From IMG/VR virus record IMGVR_UViG_3300027503_000002: DNA of 64,000 nucleotides; one strand, 5' to 3'. The notes below the pieces were generated by a model. The model worked only from the letters and a program-made list of their open reading frames with translations, ran no database searches and had not been told where the DNA came from. Made by a program: the position numbers and the translations under genes. This document shows, piece by piece, positions 58,274 through 64,000 of this stretch. Origin of the DNA: a virus. Position 1 is the stretch's first letter; every line of letters starts with the position of its first letter.

Positions 58274-59790
58274 TGCTTTATTCCCTAGAAGTAGAGAAGC
58301 AGCTTTTGGCTGGACTTATCCAGCACCCAGATGCCTACGCAGAGATCTGCGACTTCATATCTGAAGCTGATTTTTATTCTGAAGAAACGGTCGTTCACAA
58401 GACGATCTACCACATTCTCCGAAAGTGTATGGAGAGCAATGAGAAGATTGACGAGATCATCATTGCTCAAAGAATCAAGGAAATCGGTATATCCTTTGAG
58501 GATAATATCGACATCTTCGACTATCTTCGCTCTCTCGCTCTTCGCAAGACGAACAAATCCACCGCAGTTTCTGCGGCGAAAGAGATTAAAAAATACTCTA
58601 TTCGCCGCACAATCCACAGGTCAGCTTTGGACGTAGCGGACAAGATGAAGAAAATCGCTCCCGATTCTTCTTATCAGAAGATCATCGAAGAAGCCGATTC
58701 CGCATTTAATAAGACAATCAATCTTTATGAAAACAATGATGAAAAGCCCGTTAACATCTTTGAGGAAATGGAGAATGTTATTGAAGAGCGCGGGAACAAC
58801 CCTATTACTGAATTTGGCTTCATGGGGCCATTCCCAACTGTTAACAAGATTTACGGCTCTCTTCTGAGACCGGGCAACATCTCAGTTATCGTTGCTCGCT
58901 CTGGCGTAGGCAAGACCCTGCTTGCCTTAAACTATTCTACCAAGGTTTCAGCAAAGTACGATGTGCCCGTTCTTCATTTTGATAATGGAGAAATGAGTAA
59001 AGAAGAAGTGATTATGCGCCAATGCGCTGCGCTTAGTCACGTTCCAGTTCACTTGCTTGAGAGCGGACTCTGGCGCAAGGCTGGTGCAGAGACTGTCGAT
59101 AAGGTCAGGGCAACTTGGAATCAAATCAAGAATCTAAAGTTCTACTACTACAACGTAGGTGGAATGACAACCGACCAGATGATCAATAATCTGAAGAGGT
59201 TTTATTACTCAAGAATTGGCCGAGGCAATCCGCTCATCTTTAGCTTTGACTACATCAAGCCTTCTGCCGATTCGGACAGCAATAAGCCGGAATGGCAAGT
59301 GATCGGAGATATGTTGAATAAGTTTAAGAAGACTATCCAGAGAGATATCGTGCAAGATCAAAAGCCCTGTATTACGATGTTCACATCTGTTCAGTCTAAC
59401 CGTAGCGGTGTTACTACCAACCGTGCAGCAGACGCAATCAATGATGACGAAAGCATTGTTTCGATGTCTGACCGAATTACTCATTATTGTTCACATATGG
59501 CAATCCTGCGCCAAAAGACTCTTGATGAGCGGGCCGAGGAAGGTCAGGACTTTGGTACGCATAAATTAATTTTTGTTAAAAATAGATTCTTGGGCTCCGA
59601 TATTGCTGGCGCCGTTGAACCCGTCAGAATGCCAGATGGCACTCTGAAGCGTAATTTTATCAATCTTCGTTTTAACAACTTTGATGTTGAAGAGCGCGGA
59701 GACCTCCGCGATATTGTCCGAGCAATGGATACTGGAATCAGTCCACTTGAGCAAAACAATGACCAGAACGATGTCCCGAACTTCAATTGA
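58273..59790 (+). CDS. dnaB: DnaB-like replicative helicase
   Basis: ARSGVGKT, GEM, FDYIK, QSNR, KNRF. Confidence 0.9.
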   Translation: MLYSLEVEKQLLAGLIQHPDAYAEICDFISEADFYSEETVVHKTIYHILRKCMESNEKIDEIIIAQRIKEIGISFEDNIDIFDYLRSLALRKTNKSTAVSAAKEIKKYSIRRTIHRSALDVADKMKKIAPDSSYQKIIEEADSAFNKTINLYENNDEKPVNIFEEMENVIEERGNNPITEFGFMGPFPTVNKIYGSLLRPGNISVIVARSGVGKTLLALNYSTKVSAKYDVPVLHFDNGEMSKEEVIMRQCAALSHVPVHLLESGLWRKAGAETVDKVRATWNQIKNLKFYYYNVGGMTTDQMINNLKRFYYSRIGRGNPLIFSFDYIKPSADSDSNKPEWQVIGDMLNKFKKTIQRDIVQDQKPCITMFTSVQSNRSGVTTNRAADAINDDESIVSMSDRITHYCSHMAILRQKTLDERAEEGQDFGTHKLIFVKNRFLGSDIAGAVEPVRMPDGTLKRNFINLRFNNFDVEERGDLRDIVRAMDTGISPLEQNNDQNDVPNFN

Positions 59791-60850
59791 TTCGTTTCAG
59801 CTGAAGGCTTCTCTTGAGTCTTTAGGTTATAACCTAAAAGATTATGGAAGCTATTGGAGAACGAGAGCGCTATATCGCGGCGGGGATAATGGCACTGCTG
59901 TTAAGATATACAAGAACAGCGGCGTATGGACCGACTATGCCGCTAATGGCTCCAAGAGCTATCCCATTCAGAAGCTTATCCAGCTTACACTGAATACAAA
60001 TGATCCAGAGGTGATAAATAAGTATGTAAATACTTCTGCTGAAATTATCATTCAATCAGAGCCTAAACAGAAACTAGAAATGGAAAAGATCTATCCAGAG
60101 TCTCTGCTTTCAAATCTTCTGCCCCACCTTGATTTTTATGAAAAGAAAGGGATCAGTAAAGATACTCTTAATTTTTATAAATGCGGCTATGCAACGGCTG
60201 GTCAGCTTTTTCGTAGAATTGTATTTCCGATTTATAATTCTTCTGGGCAGATCCACGGCTTTTCTGGCAGGGCGATCTTCTGGCAAAAGGATTCAGAGTT
60301 TCCAAAATGGAAACATCTGGGTAAGCGCGCTGATTGGGTTTACCCTCTTAACGTGGAGCGTAACTCTTCGTATGAAGTTAAAGAAACTATTGAGTCCAAA
60401 GGATATGTAATTATTGTCGAGAGTATTGGCGATAGTATGGCGCTGTTTGAAAAAGGCTACAAGAACAATCTTGTGACCTTTGGTCTTGGCGTCTCTTCAA
60501 AAATCTGTTCGACATTAGTCGCCCTTTCTCCAGAAAAGATAATCATTTCGTCAAACAATGATTCTAACGGCGACACTAATCACGGCTTAATCTCTGCGTG
60601 CAAATCTTTCCTTCAACTTTGCTCGATCTTCGATCCTTCAAAGATTGAGATTCGCCTTCCGCTTAAAAACGACTTTTTCGATATGCTTGTGGCAAGCAAT
60701 GAGGGGGAGTCTAATATATTTTCTGATTGGGAAAACAAAAGCATAAATAAGGATCTTCAAATCAAGAAGATTCACGAAATTGCAGTTGCAAATAACTTTT
60801 CTCAGCTTTTAATTAGCCGAGCAAGCAAACTTCTAGATCAAATTGAGTGA
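59771..60850 (+). CDS. DnaG-like primase (TOPRIM)
   Basis: RIVFPI, GFSGR, PKWKH, IVESIGD; ATG at 59771. Confidence 0.85.
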   Translation: MSRTSIDSFQLKASLESLGYNLKDYGSYWRTRALYRGGDNGTAVKIYKNSGVWTDYAANGSKSYPIQKLIQLTLNTNDPEVINKYVNTSAEIIIQSEPKQKLEMEKIYPESLLSNLLPHLDFYEKKGISKDTLNFYKCGYATAGQLFRRIVFPIYNSSGQIHGFSGRAIFWQKDSEFPKWKHLGKRADWVYPLNVERNSSYEVKETIESKGYVIIVESIGDSMALFEKGYKNNLVTFGLGVSSKICSTLVALSPEKIIISSNNDSNGDTNHGLISACKSFLQLCSIFDPSKIEIRLPLKNDFFDMLVASNEGESNIFSDWENKSINKDLQIKKIHEIAVANNFSQLLISRASKLLDQIE

Positions 60851-61871
60851 CTCAAAACACGTAGCATTGTCTGCTAGTAGGATTAAGACGCTGGAAAAAT
60901 GCAGCTGGTCTTACTGGTGCAATTATATTTTAAAGCTGCCAGACACACCAAATGATGGATCAAGCAGGGGTGACGTTGTCCACCTTGTTCTTGAAGTTTT
61001 GTCGCATCCAAGAAGAAAGAAGTATGTTGAAAAGATCTTGGAGGCTGGTGATATTTTTTGCATTAAATCAATCAAGTCCTTAACCCTAAAGAGGGCGAGA
61101 AAGAATAAGGTATCTGATCCAGAGAATATTGACTTAATCAAAGAAATGACTTTGGTTGGGCTAAGCTACGACTTTTTTGGCAGCGCCAAAAAGAAACCGG
61201 TCCAAGATTGCAGCGAAAGAGAGTTTGATATTGTTGTAGACGAAGAGAACAAGAAATACAGGATCAAGGGATTTATCGACCGCTTCTTCGCTTATAAGGA
61301 CAAAACGTCTGTAATCCGTGACTATAAGACCAGCAAAGCGGTATTTGCTGGCAAAGACGCCGAAGACAATATGCAGCATCTGATGTATACCTTAGCGTCT
61401 AAGAAGCTTGACCCCGAGCTTACGGCGCGTGTTGAATTTTTATTCTTAAAGTTTGACGTTTCAAAAGGCGGCGATGGTCTTTTGAAAATGGAGCATTTGT
61501 CAGATGAGGACTTGGTAAGCTTTGAGTATCAGCTTACCGAAATTCAAAAAGTTGTAGATAAGTTCTCTGAAGCTGATGCCTATTCTAATTTTGCCGCAGA
61601 TAAGCCGATTCCATCAGACGGATCTTTTTCTGGCAAGCTCGCGTGCGGGTTTGCGAAAAAGAAGGGTGAATTAAAGAAGGATGGCAAGCCAAAGTGGCAT
61701 TGCCCATATAAATTTAGTTTTAATTATTACGCTCTCAGAGATAAGGATAATAAAATTATAAAAAGCTTTTTTGAGGACGATAAGGAAGAGGCTTTTAAAA
61801 TGGCCAAAGATGGACACAAGGTCACAAAAGAATACTATGCTGGGTGCCCAAAACACTTGACACGGGATTGA
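60843..61871 (+). CDS. PD-(D/E)xK Cas4/AddB-like exonuclease
   Basis: LSASRI..LEKC, GDVVH, GFIDR, DYKTS, Q..MY, C-terminal cysteines. Confidence 0.85.
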   Translation: MSDSKHVALSASRIKTLEKCSWSYWCNYILKLPDTPNDGSSRGDVVHLVLEVLSHPRRKKYVEKILEAGDIFCIKSIKSLTLKRARKNKVSDPENIDLIKEMTLVGLSYDFFGSAKKKPVQDCSEREFDIVVDEENKKYRIKGFIDRFFAYKDKTSVIRDYKTSKAVFAGKDAEDNMQHLMYTLASKKLDPELTARVEFLFLKFDVSKGGDGLLKMEHLSDEDLVSFEYQLTEIQKVVDKFSEADAYSNFAADKPIPSDGSFSGKLACGFAKKKGELKKDGKPKWHCPYKFSFNYYALRDKDNKIIKSFFEDDKEEAFKMAKDGHKVTKEYYAGCPKHLTRD

Positions 61872-61884
61872 AAGTCTGTAAGAT
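61857..61884 (+). promoter_or_regulatory. sigma70-like promoter, probably leaderless
   Basis: TTGACA-N16-TAAGAT, 6 nt before ATG 61891. Confidence 0.55.
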
Positions 61885-61890
61885 AGTGGT

Positions 61891-62625
61891 ATGATCCCAC
61901 TATTCAAGTCTAGCTTTTCTGTAGGGAAAAGCATTCTGACTCTGGCCGAGCCAGAGAAGCAGAAGAAAGACGGTCCAGACAGCATTGTCCAGATTGCACT
62001 AGAGAATAATCTGAAGACACTGCATTTGGTAGAAGATTCTCTGACAGGGTTCTTGACGGCATTCAAGACCTGTGCAAAGCACGACATTCATCTTAGATTC
62101 GGATTGAGGATGGATATTTGCAACTCTTACGAGTCTATCGATACCTCCAAAAGCAAAGTGATTCTTTTTGCCAAGAATGATTCTGGCTTTAAAAGCGTCA
62201 GTAAGATATTCACTTATGCGAATACAGAGAAAGATGGCATCATCTCTAATGACGACCTAGCGTCACGCTTAACTGACGACATCCTGTTGGCTATTCCATT
62301 TTACGATAGTTTCGTTTGGCAGAACTGGCAGTACTTTAGAAACTGTATGCCTACATTTTTAAAAGATTTCGATCACGTATTCTTTACGGAAAATAATAAA
62401 CTCCCTTTTGACTCTGTAATTGGAGAGGCTGTAAAATCAATGACCGCTGCCCCAGTAATGGTGAAGTCCATCTATTATAAAAACAGAGATGACTATGAGG
62501 CTTGGTTAACTTATAAAATTGCCTGCAACAGAAGAATGGGAAAGCATCAAACGCTTTCGGCTCCAGAAGTTAATGGCTGCGCGAGTAAGGAGTTCTGTTT
62601 CCAATCTTGGAAGGAGGCATCGTGA
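61891..62625 (+). CDS. stand-alone PHP domain of DNA Pol III alpha
   Basis: SSFSVGKSIL, LRFGL, ILFAKNDSGFK; upstream of dnaE. Confidence 0.75.
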   Translation: MIPLFKSSFSVGKSILTLAEPEKQKKDGPDSIVQIALENNLKTLHLVEDSLTGFLTAFKTCAKHDIHLRFGLRMDICNSYESIDTSKSKVILFAKNDSGFKSVSKIFTYANTEKDGIISNDDLASRLTDDILLAIPFYDSFVWQNWQYFRNCMPTFLKDFDHVFFTENNKLPFDSVIGEAVKSMTAAPVMVKSIYYKNRDDYEAWLTYKIACNRRMGKHQTLSAPEVNGCASKEFCFQSWKEAS

Positions 62626-63248
62626 ATACGCTTTTAAAACAAAATCTTAATCAGAAGTTTGTAGTATTTGATACAGAGACCGAAGGCTTGTCTCTTACCT
62701 CTTCTCGCCCTTGGCAGCTTTCTTGGATTGTTTGTCAAGGAGAAAAGATCCTTGAGTCACACGACGAATTTGTTTTATACCCTGATCTGAATGTTTCAGA
62801 TGAAGCAGCGAGAATAACTGGGTTTGACAAGTCATCTTATCTTTCAAAGGCCAAGCCACCAATCGATGTGTGGCAGAAATTTGCACCGTATCTTTATGAC
62901 TCCAACAACCTTCTTGTTGGTCAGAATATTTTAAATTATGACATTTATATTCTGAACACAATGATGGGCACAATTGGAATTCAGAATAACTGGAGCTTTC
63001 TGAATCGCTGCATTGACACACGCGCGCTATCAACGGCAATGTTCAAAGGCATTCAGCCATCTGGCGACTTGCTGCCTTGGCAGATGAAGTTGATGAACTT
63101 TCACGAAAAGGGTTTAAAGACCAGTCAAGCTTTTATGCTAAAGCACTTTGCAATTGATCACGACCCCAGTAAGCTACACAATGCGCTATACGATATCACA
63201 ATGAATTATAAGATTTTCCGTAAGCTTATTATGGAGGTAAACGTATGA
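62622..63248 (+). CDS. DEDDh 3'-5' exonuclease (DnaQ-like)
   Basis: FDTETEGL, GQNILNYD, IDT, HNALYD; GTG at 62622 after AAGGAGG. Confidence 0.9.
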   Translation: MNTLLKQNLNQKFVVFDTETEGLSLTSSRPWQLSWIVCQGEKILESHDEFVLYPDLNVSDEAARITGFDKSSYLSKAKPPIDVWQKFAPYLYDSNNLLVGQNILNYDIYILNTMMGTIGIQNNWSFLNRCIDTRALSTAMFKGIQPSGDLLPWQMKLMNFHEKGLKTSQAFMLKHFAIDHDPSKLHNALYDITMNYKIFRKLIMEVNV

Positions 63249-64000
63249 TCGATTTTAACGCCTGCTTTCAAAAGTACGAGCATCCCGTTCCTCCGGGCGT
63301 ACGTCTTCCAGAGATCAAGATAGATGCCCGCCACTATGAGAATCTTGGCATCTCACCTTCTGTTTCAAACTATGAGTTCCTCCGTCAACTCTGCCTCAAG
63401 GCAGTCAAGGAAAAAGGCATCGACAAACTTAACAATAAAAAAGAATATTATGAACGAGCAAAATACGAGCTTTCAGTTTTTGAAGAACTGGGCTTCACTG
63501 ACTATATCCTGCTTAATTGGGACATTCTTAATTACGCTCATGAGCATAGCATTCCTACTGGCTATGGGCGTGGCTCTGCTGCTGGTTCTCTTATTCTCTT
63601 TCTTATTGGGGTTACCAATGTAGACCCGATCAAGAATGGGCTGTTCTTTGAACGCTTCGTCTCAAAGAGCCGCGCAAAGAAGATTGTGGTGGACGGAGTC
63701 ACTTATCTCGATGGCTCACTGATGCCTGACGTAGATAATGACATTGAGTTCTCTCGCCGTCAGGATGTAATCAATTACATCAAGACTAAGTATTCAGGCA
63801 AGACTTGTAAGATCTTGACTATGAATACTTTGACAGGAAAACTTTGCATTAAAGAGTGTGGCAAGATCGTCGGAGAGATGACGGAGGATGATGTTAATGC
63901 GGTAAGCGACTCTATCCCAAAGCAATTCGGTAAAGTCTTTGCCCTGAAGGACGCTTACGATGAAAGCGAAATCTTCAGAGCATTCTGCGATAAGAATCCT
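63245..64000 (+). CDS. dnaE: DNA polymerase III alpha core, 3'-truncated by the window
   Basis: Translated from ATG 63245: ELSVFEELGFTDY, GYGRGSAAGS, LFFERF, PDVDND. Absent from the ORF track because there is no stop in the window. Confidence 0.95.
   Translation, partial: MIDFNACFQKYEHPVPPGVRLPEIKIDARHYENLGISPSVSNYEFLRQLCLKAVKEKGIDKLNNKKEYYERAKYELSVFEELGFTDYILLNWDILNYAHEHSIPTGYGRGSAAGSLILFLIGVTNVDPIKNGLFFERFVSKSRAKKIVVDGVTYLDGSLMPDVDNDIEFSRRQDVINYIKTKYSGKTCKILTMNTLTGKLCIKECGKIVGEMTEDDVNAVSDSIPKQFGKVFALKDAYDESEIFRAFCDKNP

Noticed and set aside
60843-61871. Cas4-like nuclease as part of a CRISPR-Cas system
   Set aside because: No array or other cas genes are present; it lies in a replication operon, as is common in phages.
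63324-63623. 99-aa ORF with a hydrophobic C-terminus
   Set aside because: It is an out-of-frame shadow inside dnaE, which starts at 63245.
1-64000. Stop-codon reassignment
   Set aside because: ORFs tile densely in the standard code, and TAA, TGA and TAG all end genes at sensible boundaries.
56477-64000. Inteins or introns in the recA-like gene, dnaB or dnaE
   Set aside because: Lengths are normal and no intein termini or homing-endonuclease motifs were seen in the visible parts.

Overview
This is a 64-kb, gene-dense segment of a large tailed dsDNA bacteriophage (Caudoviricetes) in the standard genetic code. No tRNA, CRISPR array, integrase or reverse transcriptase was seen. (1) 1-13.2 kb: virion fibre and lectin genes (5'-truncated Pro-free Gly-X-Y protein, three LamG paralogs, a 14-repeat RCC1 protein), then a sulfotransferase, a GT8-GT9 fusion and a methyltransferase. 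(2) 13.2-37.5 kb: neck and tail-tube-like genes on the minus strand, facing divergent chaperones, a 3022-aa tape measure protein (TMP), tube paralogs (one fused to RCC1 propellers), an FN3/S74 tail protein and an Ig protein with a mucin-like Thr/Ser-Pro/Ser tail. (3) 37.5-55 kb: glycosylation clusters (Aah/TibC-type protein O-heptosyltransferase, GT90, gmd, colD-like) interleaved with hsp20, ssb, a sigma factor, dUTPase and a G-rich candidate origin. (4) 55-64 kb: thyX, a holin-like gene, RecA-like recombinase, DnaB, primase, a Cas4/AddB-like nuclease and a three-piece Pol III (PHP, exonuclease, DnaE core). The top candidate novel system is in the TMP. It contains an array of six cassettes delimited by seven copies of G[FY][IV]PNFA, including a P-loop kinase, a HAD phosphatase and two PD-(D/E)xK-like domains, placed between hydrophobic segments; this suggests the TMP delivers enzymes into the host. 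The second candidate is a phage-encoded protein O-glycosylation system acting on Ser/Thr-rich virion proteins. All family calls come from motif recognition by eye; no searches were run.
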